Assembly (NCBI GenBank): GCA_025839675.1
Contig: CP104013.1
Location: forward strand, 840,001-872,000
Direction: 5' to 3'
DNA: 32,000 nucleotides
Source: Candidatus Lokiarchaeum ossiferum
GTDB lineage: Archaea; Asgardarchaeota; Lokiarchaeia; Sigyniarchaeales; Promethearchaeaceae
Below the pieces are notes generated by a model, which worked only from the letters and a program-made list of their open reading frames with translations, did no database searches and was not told the DNA's origin. This document shows, one piece after another, positions 9,272 to 17,811 of this stretch; positions within the stretch are counted from its first letter, which is position 1, and every line of letters begins with the position of its first letter. The translations under genes and the position numbers were made by a program.

Positions 9272-10279
9272 CTAAATTCCCTCGTCTCCTAGGACTAATG
9301 AAACAGTATAATCAACATAACTTCGGCCATTTTTGCGATTGATATAGACCATACCCATATTTTCAAGTTCTTTGATATCAGAATAAGCGGTTTTTATTGT
9401 AATATTGGTAAGGGTTTTGAATTCCTTCACCTTCACAGTCTTGTTTTCAATTAAACAATATAATATTTTGTATAGTGATTTGGGAGGTAAATCCGGTCTG
9501 ATGAATTCCATAAATTTAAACAGACCTTCTTTTAAATAATTGATTGTTTTTTCCATCTCAAGGATGCCTTCACCGAGTTCAATATTTTCTTTAAGGAGAT
9601 CATCCGTATTATCTTCATTCGAATTAACTTGATTTTCAATCATTTTTATTCGGTCATTAATTTGATCATATTCCGCTTGCTTGGCTTCAAGAGCTTGTTC
9701 CGATGCAATTAATTTTTCCCCTAAATTAAAAATTTCTTTATCCATTTGATCTTTTTCTCTCTGAAATGCAGCATTATCCGTCATTAACTCGGAAATTTCT
9801 TGTGCTAATTCAGAGTTTTTAGTAGTGACCTCTGCAATTTTTGAATCTATTTCAATTGAATTTTTTTTTAATTCCCTCATTTGACTTTGATAATCGCGGA
9901 TAGTCAGTTCAAATTCTTTTTCTTTATTTTCAAAATCATTTTTCGCTTTAGACATAGAACTAAGCTTGATATTTTGACGTTCAATTTGTTTTCGGGCCAC
10001 ATTAAGAGAATCAGATAATTTTTGAACGTTTTGCTCTAAAATAGCTTTTAATCGGTAAAGTTGTTCATATTCTTCATGGTTTTCTTCGATTTGATCTTTA
10101 ATGGTATCAATATACTGCAAAACAAATTCACGATACTCATCTGTATCTTGGACAGGCTCATCCAAATTAATTGATCCATCAGAATATTCACTATTTTCTT
10201 CACTTAGCATTGATTTAATATTTTGGATTCGCCTGTATAATGCATCCGTGTCTTCATCGAGATCTTTATAGTTTTGCAT
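9272..10279 (-). CDS. coiled-coil protein with C-terminal winged-helix (HTH) domain
   Basis: 335-aa ORF. About 230 aa are heptad-like, Glu/Lys/Gln/Asn-rich. The C-terminus, LYKILYCLIENKTVKVKEFKTLTNITIKTAYSDIKELENMGMVYINRKNGRSYV, resembles a MarR/ArsR-type wHTH. Confidence 0.6.
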   Translation of the reverse strand: MQNYKDLDEDTDALYRRIQNIKSMLSEENSEYSDGSINLDEPVQDTDEYREFVLQYIDTIKDQIEENHEEYEQLYRLKAILEQNVQKLSDSLNVARKQIERQNIKLSSMSKAKNDFENKEKEFELTIRDYQSQMRELKKNSIEIDSKIAEVTTKNSELAQEISELMTDNAAFQREKDQMDKEIFNLGEKLIASEQALEAKQAEYDQINDRIKMIENQVNSNEDNTDDLLKENIELGEGILEMEKTINYLKEGLFKFMEFIRPDLPPKSLYKILYCLIENKTVKVKEFKTLTNITIKTAYSDIKELENMGMVYINRKNGRSYVDYTVSLVLGDEGI

Positions 10280-10372
10280 CTATAATCCTCCAATGAAAAT
10301 TTGAATATTTTTACTTTCTGTTTTAGAATTTTTAGAAAACAATCTCACTACCCTCTAATTTTTCACGATTTT

Positions 10373-13300
10373 TTAAAGGAATAATTTCCCTTCTGAATAG
10401 ATTTCACTGATGAAAACAACATTTATGGTTGCATCAAATTGATAAATTTTTATTAAATCACCTTGAATTTTTTGAGTGACAACTTTTTTTTCTGTAGCCT
10501 TTTTTACATACCATTCATCGCCCCGAATCAAGCATTCTGGATAATTACTGCATTGATAGTAGACTTTTTTCTGAGTAACGACTTTAGTCATTTCTGCTTC
10601 ACATTTCTTGCAAAATACTTTCAATTCCCCTTTAGATTTCTCCCATTCTTTCATAATTTCAGCAATTCGCCTTTGCTTTTCTTCTTCTTGTTGGAGCTTT
10701 CGTTTTTCTTCTGCTTCCCTATCTTCATTTCGTCGTGATAAAATGGTTGATAATAAGTCTTCTTCAGATGAAGTTTCATCAATATTTTGAGAGAAATCGG
10801 TTTCAGATGAAGATTTTGAGGAAGATTCAGTTGTAATATTTGGAGATGGAGTGTTACTATTCATATCTTGATAGTATTTACAATCAAAGATGTTTTCCAT
10901 TTGCGCAGAATCTATTCCTCGAGGACAATTCACCATATTGCTACATGAAAAACATAACGGCGGTTTCTCTTCAGGGATTTCTTCTGGAGCATTCATATCA
11001 CGAAATTCTTTGCACGAAAAAATAGTTTCCATTTGATCCGAATCAATTCCCCTTGGACAATCAATCATATTACTACAGGAAAAACAAAGAGGCATCCCTG
11101 ATTCTTCTTCCGAATCAGCTTCTCCTGAAGAAGAACCAGACATAGTATCGTACTCATCACATTTCATACAAGATTCCATTTGAGATGAATCTAACCCTTT
11201 GGGACAATCCACCATATTTTTACATGAAAAGCAAAGAGGCATTCCATCAGAACTTTCATGCATTATTTTTGGTGAAGATTTTACAGTTGGCTGGGAATCA
11301 CTTCCAATGTCTATATCCCGAGATAACAATTCTAAGAGATCCATATCCGAATATTCATCATCTACTTCGATATTCAATTCTTCAATTATGGAATTTTCAC
11401 TTTTTAATTCAATTTTATCCCCTATTGTAGAATTTTTTGCTTCAAGAGCCGATTTTTCTTGTTTCTTGTTATATTCTGATAAAAAAAGTGTTGTATATTT
11501 ACTTCGATTCAATCTATATTGATCTAATTTTCCAAAACGATTGAGGGCACTTGTTTGTGAATACAAGGATTCAAAGAAGTCATCGGCATAGGGTATTTCA
11601 GTGAATTGAAACCCTTCCTCAATTTCAGAAGGAAGATTCTGACAGTCATGAGCGAAAAGATCATCAGTAATCTGAAAACAGTAAGGACATATATGCTTAA
11701 ATTTATAATGTTTTTTCTTTGCTTTGATGGGAGTTATTTGTTCTGATCCTTCCGAAAGGTCATCGAATTCGGATTTAATTTCTTTCTGGGCAATTTGCTC
11801 TGCCAGTTCATCATCATATATTGATTCAAATGTTTCCTTCAAAGATGGATTTTCTTGAGTAATCAGTTTATTATATAACTGAAAAAATAATGGGGTATAT
11901 TCAGTTCGATTTAACTTATTTTCATCCACAAAGCCCTTTCTCTGCCATGCGTTTATGGAATAATATAAATATAAGAAAAAGTCACTAAAACATGCTCGAA
12001 TGTCAAATTGAAATGTTTCAGGAACATCTTCAGGTAATTTTGAACATTTATGAAGACTTAAATCTTCTTCCGAGATATAACAATAAGGACAAATTTGCTT
12101 AACTCGATAATTTTTTACTTTTAAACTATCTAAAATGTTAAGTTTTTGTTCCACAAAAATTTCTTTGGGAACTCGAGAGGGTAACTCCTCTGTCACTCCT
12201 TCTACAAGAACATTTATTTCTTCAGATGTTCTCCTAGATACTATTTCTAAATCATTTGATTGTTTATTACCCGAACCTGAAAGAAATTGAGAATATTCAT
12301 AAGAAAAGAGAGATGAATACTCAGATCTGTCAAATATAAAAAAATTGAGTATTCCTTTACTTGATAAAGAGCCTATCTTTTGGTAAATTTTTTCAAAAAA
12401 CTTTGCACTAAATAGCTGAATATCAAATTTAAAACCAGAAGGGATATGATCACAAGAATGACCAAATAGACATTCGTGTAGAGTATAACAATACGGGCAA
12501 ATCTGAGGTACGGTTGTCTTTTCTACATCTATACCCTTTTCTTCAATGATTTTTTCAATTTTACCCACTTTTTGTTTTAAAGAACTATAGTAACCAGTAA
12601 GATCATAAACTACGGGGTTATCTAGAGTTTCATTGTATTCTAAAGTTATATTTGGATCTTCACTCTTTTGAAGACGATTGTGAATGCGAATAAACATTTG
12701 AAGATATTTACGCCGATTAAGACGATATTGATCAATATGACCGTGTCGATTCAATCCATTAGAGTTTTTATATAAATCTTTAAAAAATGTAACTTGCGAG
12801 AGAAGTGCGGAATAAGAAAAATCAGGAGGAAGCTTTGCACACGTATGATTGACCAAATTAGTGGTGGATTTGTAGCAAAAAGGACAAATTTGATTCAGTT
12901 GTTGGAGTTTAAGAAGAGTTTGGCGCTCATCTTCCTTTTGTTTTTGTGCACGCTTTTCTTGAAGTTGTAAATTTTTACGTTTCTTTGCTTCAAGAAGTCG
13001 TTTCTGTTCTTCAGCAACTTTATGTCTTTCAATCAGTATTCGCTGTTTATAATCTTTGAATTTTTCCTCCTCCAAATAAGGAGGTTGGAAATATTTGGTA
13101 AACAAACGATTATATTTATTATGACTAAATTTATTGAAATCAATTTTTCCATATTTATTCAAAGCACCAATTTCACGGTACAATCGCCTGAAAAATTCAT
13201 AATCTTCTCCAAGATTTAGAGTGAATTTTATGTCGGGGGGTTTCTTATCACATTCATGGTCGTAAAGGGAATTGAATGATTCAAAACAGAAGGGACAAAT

Positions 13301-14194
13301 TTGTTTTAAATCAGAAATCTTTTGAAAAGACTTGGAATTTCTCCTAGATTTGTCTGATAAAGATGTTTTAGTTGAATTTTTATGAGATGATGGCTTAAGA
13401 TTTGAACTTATTTCATCTTCTATTTTTTCCATCTCGGTTTTTTTGTGTGGTTCACTTGTAACCTTTTCATCAGGTAGAACTAATAATTTTTCAAGAACTT
13501 CTACTGATGGATCTGCAGTTTCTTCCAATGATTTTATTGCTTGCAAAAAATTTGTTCTATATCTCTTGAGATCAAATCGATAGAGGTTTAAAAATCCGCG
13601 AGGATCCCAAATTCCTGAAGATTTATACACAAGATCAAAAAATTCATCTGGATGTATTCTACATTGAAAAGTAAAAAATGGATTATCATTACATTTATGA
13701 GAAGACAGCCGTCGATATTTCAATCCGCAATAAGGGCATAATTGAACCAATTTCGTTCCTTTTGAAAATGCAAAATCATTTTTTTTTTCAACAAGCTCTA
13801 TTTTTTGAGCCAATATTTCCTTAATTTGCTTTTCATCATCGAAATTTCCATCGATTATTGCGGTTTCAAAAGAAATTTGAGGATTGTTGATTAAGCGAAG
13901 ATATAATTTAATAAACGAATATTGATAAGGTGTACGATCAAGCTTAACTACATCAATATGGCCTGATTTCTTATTAAACGCAACAGAATTATGATAAAGA
14001 TAATAAAAGAACTGATCGTTGCAAATTTCTTTCTTAAACATGAAATTTGGAGGTGCAATTTTGCACTTGTGCCGAGAAATTGCTTTAAAAGATTGAAAAC
14101 AAAATGGGCACACTGCACTTAACGAATAATTCTGTGTTATTGACGCATTTATTTCAGATATTCGGACCCCCCCCGAATTTACAAATTCTGTCAT
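10373..14194 (-). CDS. giant Cys-rich repeat protein (7 CCHC-knuckle modules, 3 four-Cys modules, topoisomerase-type Zn ribbon)
   Basis: Uninterrupted 1273-aa ORF with internal repeats visible at protein level (see the sub-features). It is a paralog of 14433..16439, with a shared linker motif (MDLLELLSRDIDIG vs MDVLDMMSRDYDLTG) and a shared C-terminus (SEIYSEGKLFL vs SEIYSDGKLFL). Confidence 0.8.
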   Translation of the reverse strand: MTEFVNSGGVRISEINASITQNYSLSAVCPFCFQSFKAISRHKCKIAPPNFMFKKEICNDQFFYYLYHNSVAFNKKSGHIDVVKLDRTPYQYSFIKLYLRLINNPQISFETAIIDGNFDDEKQIKEILAQKIELVEKKNDFAFSKGTKLVQLCPYCGLKYRRLSSHKCNDNPFFTFQCRIHPDEFFDLVYKSSGIWDPRGFLNLYRFDLKRYRTNFLQAIKSLEETADPSVEVLEKLLVLPDEKVTSEPHKKTEMEKIEDEISSNLKPSSHKNSTKTSLSDKSRRNSKSFQKISDLKQICPFCFESFNSLYDHECDKKPPDIKFTLNLGEDYEFFRRLYREIGALNKYGKIDFNKFSHNKYNRLFTKYFQPPYLEEEKFKDYKQRILIERHKVAEEQKRLLEAKKRKNLQLQEKRAQKQKEDERQTLLKLQQLNQICPFCYKSTTNLVNHTCAKLPPDFSYSALLSQVTFFKDLYKNSNGLNRHGHIDQYRLNRRKYLQMFIRIHNRLQKSEDPNITLEYNETLDNPVVYDLTGYYSSLKQKVGKIEKIIEEKGIDVEKTTVPQICPYCYTLHECLFGHSCDHIPSGFKFDIQLFSAKFFEKIYQKIGSLSSKGILNFFIFDRSEYSSLFSYEYSQFLSGSGNKQSNDLEIVSRRTSEEINVLVEGVTEELPSRVPKEIFVEQKLNILDSLKVKNYRVKQICPYCYISEEDLSLHKCSKLPEDVPETFQFDIRACFSDFFLYLYYSINAWQRKGFVDENKLNRTEYTPLFFQLYNKLITQENPSLKETFESIYDDELAEQIAQKEIKSEFDDLSEGSEQITPIKAKKKHYKFKHICPYCFQITDDLFAHDCQNLPSEIEEGFQFTEIPYADDFFESLYSQTSALNRFGKLDQYRLNRSKYTTLFLSEYNKKQEKSALEAKNSTIGDKIELKSENSIIEELNIEVDDEYSDMDLLELLSRDIDIGSDSQPTVKSSPKIMHESSDGMPLCFSCKNMVDCPKGLDSSQMESCMKCDEYDTMSGSSSGEADSEEESGMPLCFSCSNMIDCPRGIDSDQMETIFSCKEFRDMNAPEEIPEEKPPLCFSCSNMVNCPRGIDSAQMENIFDCKYYQDMNSNTPSPNITTESSSKSSSETDFSQNIDETSSEEDLLSTILSRRNEDREAEEKRKLQQEEEKQRRIAEIMKEWEKSKGELKVFCKKCEAEMTKVVTQKKVYYQCSNYPECLIRGDEWYVKKATEKKVVTQKIQGDLIKIYQFDATINVVFISEIYSEGKLFL
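10532..10612 (-). other. C4 zinc ribbon resembling the topoisomerase-type DNA-binding Zn finger
   Basis: CKKCEAEMTKVVTQKKVYYQCSNYPEC fits C-x2-C-x(15-17)-C-(S/T)-N-Y-P-x-C, as in zf-C4_Topoisom-type ribbons (CxxC ... CxxYPxC). Confidence 0.6.
10880..11245 (-). repeat. three tandem type-B four-Cys modules
   Basis: GMPLCFSCKNMVDCPKGLDSSQMESCMKC, GMPLCFSCSNMIDCPRGIDSDQMETIFSC and PPLCFSCSNMVNCPRGIDSAQMENIFDC. The pattern is C-x2-C-x5-C-P-x(12-14)-C. Confidence 0.8.
11480..14110 (-). repeat. seven tandem type-A modules: C-P-[FY]-C-x10-H-x-C knuckle plus about 60-aa helical domain
   Basis: The seven knuckles are AVCPFCFQSFKAISRHKC, QLCPYCGLKYRRLSSHKC, QICPFCFESFNSLYDHEC, QICPFCYKSTTNLVNHTC, QICPYCYTLHECLFGHSC, QICPYCYISEEDLSLHKC and HICPYCFQITDDLFAHDC. 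Each is followed by (L)PP/PS-x-F-x-F, FF-x2-LY and a G-x-(I/L)D-x-Y-(R/K)-LNR-x2-Y-like segment. Confidence 0.8.
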
Positions 14195-14432
14195 AGATCA
14201 ATTAAAGTAAAGGTTTTTCGTGAGCAATAAATACATTCATTTCTATTCCAGATACTTTTTTTTCTAATAATTCTAGGAATTTTTTTTCTAATAACCACAG
14301 TTATTGTGAAGATTTTGGAGCTTTCCTAAAAATTTTTACAATGAAAATTCCGATCTAACCACTTATGTCTTCAATAAAAACAATTTGAGAAAAATCAAAA
14401 TGAACTATTATTCTTAAAAACACATTAGTAAT

Positions 14433-16439
14433 TTAGAGGAACAACTTTCCATCAGAATATATCTCACTAACAGTGACTATATTTTTTAAATCATCGTATT
14501 GATAAAGAATTATTAAATCCCCATGCTCTATATGGGATACAATACCTTTTAAGACCGCTTGAGATATATACCAAGGATCAGCTTTGATTTTGCACTCGGG
14601 ATAGTTTGTACATCGATGAAAAATTTTTCGAGTGGTGACAATTTTGCTCATTTCGGCCTCACAGGAACTGCAAATTACTTTCAATTGTCCTCGATCTTGC
14701 TCCCAACGATTCATTATTTCTTTAAGTAAATCTTGTTTTTCTTCATTTGTAATTTTAATTTGAGCTTCTTCATGGATTGAAATGTCAATATTCTCCAGAT
14801 CTGCAAGATTCTGAAGATCTTCTTCTGCTTTATTTGGGATAATTTCTTCAGTGCGCTTTTTCTGTCGTTTAAATAATCGAAACCTATGGCGTTTTTTTTC
14901 AAGTTTCTTTTGAATTTCTTTTTCCAATTCTTCTTCAATTTCTTTTTGGATTGCATTTTCCCGATCTTCTCGATTCGTTTCTGTTTCTTTAAAAGCATGG
15001 CATTGAAAGACTTGTTCCATTTGTTCAGAATTTAAATTAAGAGGACAATTATCTATATGGGTGCAAATCCCACAAATTGAAATATCAGATGGAACTATCG
15101 AAGATTTATATGAAGTTGTAGAAAAATTCATGTTTTCATATAAATCACAATCAAAAATAGTTTCCATTTGAGATGAATCTACACCTTTTGGACAATCCAT
15201 CATATGTGTACAGGAGAAACACCATGGCATCCCATCATCAGGGGGTGTTTTTAAGCCTATTTTTTCCTGAGTTGACAGAGCTTTAGCGGTTTTTGCAGGT
15301 AACCCGGTGAGATCATAATCTCGAGACATCATATCTAGAACATCCATATTGGACAAATCTTGATTATCCAGCTGTGAAAGATCCATGGTGAGATCAAGAT
15401 CTTCTTCATCCAAGCCATATAATGAATCGTGGAGTTTCTGCAACTTGAAATTATAAAATTGAAAGAATTCAGTCGAATAAGTCGACTGATTAATTTTTAT
15501 TAAGTCAGGAGTACCATTTGGAGTAGTGATGCGCAATTTTCGATATAAATCTTCGAAAAACAATTCTTCATTCAAAGCAGATTCAAAAGAAAACTCAGAA
15601 GGCATTTTTTCACATTTGTGATCTCTTAAAGAATGAATTACTTGCAAGCAATAGGGACATAAGACTTTTGAGGAAACAAAATTCTTCAGAGTGTCCTTTT
15701 TAGCCTTTTCAAGGATTTCCTTTTCGAATTTTTCAAAACGGGATTTCTTGTGGGATGGAGTGGAATAATTTTTCTCCATTCGAGCTTTTTCTAATGAAGG
15801 CCCTTCCATCTCCATCATACGATCATAATAAGTGAAAAATAACAACCGATAAGCCGCAGTATTCAATTTATAAAGATCCACATTCTTTGAAGAACTCCAA
15901 GCATCAAGCTTTTTATAGAGAAATATGAAGAAATCGTTCGTGCATATTTTTTCTTGAAAATGGAAATCGGGAGATAACTCCTCGGGAAGGGAAGCACAAA
16001 CATGTTCAGATAAACTCGGAACACCTTCATAACAATATGGGCAGATCTGTTTTATAAAAATAGAAGGAGGAACTGATGAATTACGAGTAACAGAACTAGT
16101 TTCAGTTTTAGCAGGATTTTTGATAATCGGATCTGTAATTTTAAAAGAAGTTTCAATAGAAGCATCTATTTCTTTTTGATATGCCCGAAGAAATGCAATT
16201 TGGTACTTCACAGGATGAAGTTTATAAATATCAAAAGTTCCTTGATCTGATAATGCATCAGATTCTTTATATATATGCTTGAAAAATGAAGCATCATCGA
16301 TTTTTTTGGAAAACTGAAAATTTGGAGGAAGATCAAGGCATTGGTGCCCATAAAGAGAAAGAAAAGATTTAAAGCAAAAGGGACAAATTTGACGGTATTT
16401 TTTTAATTTTGATTCTTTTGACTCTTCATTTTTATCCAT
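14433..16439 (-). CDS. Cys-rich repeat protein, shorter paralog (3 CCHC modules, 2 four-Cys modules, topoisomerase-type Zn ribbon)
   Basis: 668-aa ORF with the same module order as the 1273-aa neighbour. It also has a Glu/Lys-rich segment before the terminal Zn ribbon and an identical-style C-terminus. Confidence 0.8.
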   Translation of the reverse strand: MDKNEESKESKLKKYRQICPFCFKSFLSLYGHQCLDLPPNFQFSKKIDDASFFKHIYKESDALSDQGTFDIYKLHPVKYQIAFLRAYQKEIDASIETSFKITDPIIKNPAKTETSSVTRNSSVPPSIFIKQICPYCYEGVPSLSEHVCASLPEELSPDFHFQEKICTNDFFIFLYKKLDAWSSSKNVDLYKLNTAAYRLLFFTYYDRMMEMEGPSLEKARMEKNYSTPSHKKSRFEKFEKEILEKAKKDTLKNFVSSKVLCPYCLQVIHSLRDHKCEKMPSEFSFESALNEELFFEDLYRKLRITTPNGTPDLIKINQSTYSTEFFQFYNFKLQKLHDSLYGLDEEDLDLTMDLSQLDNQDLSNMDVLDMMSRDYDLTGLPAKTAKALSTQEKIGLKTPPDDGMPWCFSCTHMMDCPKGVDSSQMETIFDCDLYENMNFSTTSYKSSIVPSDISICGICTHIDNCPLNLNSEQMEQVFQCHAFKETETNREDRENAIQKEIEEELEKEIQKKLEKKRHRFRLFKRQKKRTEEIIPNKAEEDLQNLADLENIDISIHEEAQIKITNEEKQDLLKEIMNRWEQDRGQLKVICSSCEAEMSKIVTTRKIFHRCTNYPECKIKADPWYISQAVLKGIVSHIEHGDLIILYQYDDLKNIVTVSEIYSDGKLFL
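14592..14672 (-). other. C4 zinc ribbon resembling the topoisomerase-type Zn finger
   Basis: CSSCEAEMSKIVTTRKIFHRCTNYPEC. Confidence 0.6.
15000..15230 (-). repeat. two type-B four-Cys modules
   Basis: GMPWCFSCTHMMDCPKGVDSSQMETIFDC and ISICGICTHIDNCPLNLNSEQMEQVFQC. Confidence 0.75.
15450..16385 (-). repeat. three tandem type-A CCHC modules
   Basis: QICPFCFKSFLSLYGHQC, QICPYCYEGVPSLSEHVC and VLCPYCLQVIHSLRDHKC, each followed by the (L/M)P-x-F-x-F and FF-x2-(I/L)Y segment. Confidence 0.8.
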
Positions 16440-16657
16440 AATTAAAAATTCCTTTGATCAAACGACTTTTCAGTTTCATATTTTTGAAAAAAACCAGTTC
16501 TAATTAAATAATTGAAACTCTTAATCTATATTTCTCTGTTTCTAATTATAAAAAAATGGGTTTATAAAAATAATTCTTAAAGGTAAACTTTCTTCTCATT
16601 ATTATATTTTAGGAAAAATAAAATTACTTGGTTAAAATGATGGAAAAAGAAAAGGGA

Positions 16658-16776
16658 GTTTCTCAGTTTGAGGTTTCGCAATATTCGAGATATCACTACT
16701 ATCCACAACGCATCCGGCCTTAACTTCAGTGTTCGGAATGGGTACTGGTGTTATTCCGGACCTATGACCGAGAAAC
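16658..16776 (-). rRNA. rrf: 5S ribosomal RNA, copy 1
   Basis: The reverse complement reads GTTTCTCGGTCATAGG...CCCATTCCGAACACTGAAGTTAAGGCCGG...CTGAGAAAC. This contains the universal 5S loop C/helix III core CCGAACxxGAAGTTAAG, and the termini pair (GTTTCTC/GAGAAAC). Length is 119 nt, followed by a T-rich tract on the minus strand. Confidence 0.85.
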
Positions 16777-16797
16777 AATATAGATAGTGATATAAGC

Positions 16798-16805
16798 TTA
16801 TTAAA
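16798..16805 (-). promoter_or_regulatory. TATA box of 5S copy 1
   Basis: Minus-strand TTTAATAA lies 22-29 nt upstream of the inferred 5S 5' end, and is conserved in both repeat copies. Confidence 0.45.
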
Positions 16806-16933
16806 CTTATCGAAGTGCTCAAGATCCTTCTTAAATTTTATTATTTACATCTGAGGCATGTTCGGTTAAAATTCATTTCAAAGAACGATAGCTTTTTTTA
16901 TTTGAAAGACATGGTTGATTTAGGTGGAAATTT

Positions 16934-17401
16934 TTGAGCATAGGACTTATTTTAATTATCATCGTGTCGGTTATTGCAGGAGGATACTTTATATTACTTA
17001 TAATAATTCAGTTGATAAGTAAACGCCCAAATAATTTAGGAATTTCAGGAGGAAGATTACAAGCGTGTCCTGATATTCCTAATTGCGTGTGTAGTTATAG
17101 CAAAGAAAAAAATTCTAAAATAGAGCCATATTCATTTTCAAAATCAATTAAAGAACAAAATTCTATTTTGATTGAAATAATCCAGAAATATCCAAGAACT
17201 AGAATAATCAAAAATGAAATAAATTATGTTTATGCAGAATTTCGTTCCCTGGCGTGGCGTTTTATAGACGATGTGGAGTTTTTTCTGGATGAAACTGCCA
17301 AATGCATCCATTTTCGCTCTGCATCTAGAATTGGGACAAATGATTTCGGAATGAATCGAAAACGGATGGAAGATATAAGACAATTGTTGAAGGAATCTTA
17401 G
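16934..17401 (+). CDS. DUF1499-like membrane-anchored protein
   Basis: 155-aa ORF with a TTG start preceded by AGGTGG 7 nt upstream. It has an N-terminal TM helix, and CPDIPNCVCS matches the C-P-x2-PNCV-S signature I associate with DUF1499. Confidence 0.55.
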   Translation: MSIGLILIIIVSVIAGGYFILLIIIQLISKRPNNLGISGGRLQACPDIPNCVCSYSKEKNSKIEPYSFSKSIKEQNSILIEIIQKYPRTRIIKNEINYVYAEFRSLAWRFIDDVEFFLDETAKCIHFRSASRIGTNDFGMNRKRMEDIRQLLKES

Positions 17402-17577
17402 GGGTATTGAGGCAGAAATTATTGATAATTGGAATGTAAAGTAAGAGATTTACCAATGATCATCTTTCTCTTCTTTTTTTTAGTTAATTTGAAAAATAAT
17501 AGAGCGTTTTTTTTTTGAGAAACACTAGACCCAATATAAAATTAGCATTACTGGTAATTGGATAAAAAGAAAAGGGA

Positions 17578-17696
17578 GTTTCTCAGTTTGAGGTTTCGCA
17601 ATATTCGAGATATCACTACTATCCACAACGCATCCGGCCTTAACTTCAGTGTTCGGAATGGGTACTGGTGTTATTCCGGACCTATGACCGAGAAAC
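17578..17696 (-). rRNA. rrf: 5S ribosomal RNA, copy 2
   Basis: Identical over all 119 nt to 16658..16776. Confidence 0.85.
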
Positions 17697-17717
17697 AATT
17701 TAGATAGTGATATAAGC

Positions 17718-17725
17718 TTATTAAA
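17718..17725 (-). promoter_or_regulatory. TATA box of 5S copy 2
   Basis: Same TTTAATAA element at the same distance from the 5S 5' end. Confidence 0.45.
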
Positions 17726-17811
17726 CTTATCGAAGTGCTCAAGATCCTACTTAAATTTTGTTATAATCTAAAACACAAAAATCAAGAATTAAAAAGAACC
17801 AAAAAAAATAA

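Larger units (their letters stand above)
16644..16839. repeat. direct repeat copy 1 (complete 5S transcription unit)
   Basis: 196 bp that align with 17564..17759 at a constant offset of 920 bp. I found only two mismatches (16780/17700 and 16829/17749), both outside the 5S body. Confidence 0.9.
17564..17759. repeat. direct repeat copy 2 (complete 5S transcription unit)
   Basis: See copy 1. Confidence 0.9.

Noticed and set aside
10880-11245. Type-B modules read as canonical 2x[4Fe-4S] ferredoxin domains.
   Set aside because: The spacing is C-x2-C-x5-C-P rather than C-x2-C-x2-C-x3-C-P, and one ligand Cys is missing. I therefore report them only as a four-Cys metal-site candidate.
14256-14294. 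15-nt direct repeat TTTTTTTTCTAATAA (14256..14270 and 14280..14294) between the two Cys-repeat genes, as a possible regulatory element.
   Set aside because: It is low-complexity AT-rich sequence on the non-coding strand relative to both flanking genes. Two copies of a T-run plus TAATAA arise easily by chance here, and I cannot support a function.
10463-14998. Antisense or overlapping ORFs within the Cys-repeat genes (10463..10738, 10608..10790, 10840..11025, 11185..11430, 11199..11522, 13022..13219, 14714..14998).
   Set aside because: They are mirror images of Lys/Glu-rich coding sequence, giving Phe/Leu/Ser-rich or Lys-rich nonsense. They are fully contained in the long ORFs, and nothing independently supports them.
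16644-17759. The 196-bp direct repeats read as termini of a mobile element or as a CRISPR-like array.
   Set aside because: The repeats are direct, each is a complete 5S transcription unit, and there are only two copies. The enclosed gene is not a transposase or integrase, and I saw no target-site duplication or inverted termini. No CRISPR-like short repeat/spacer periodicity appears anywhere in the window.
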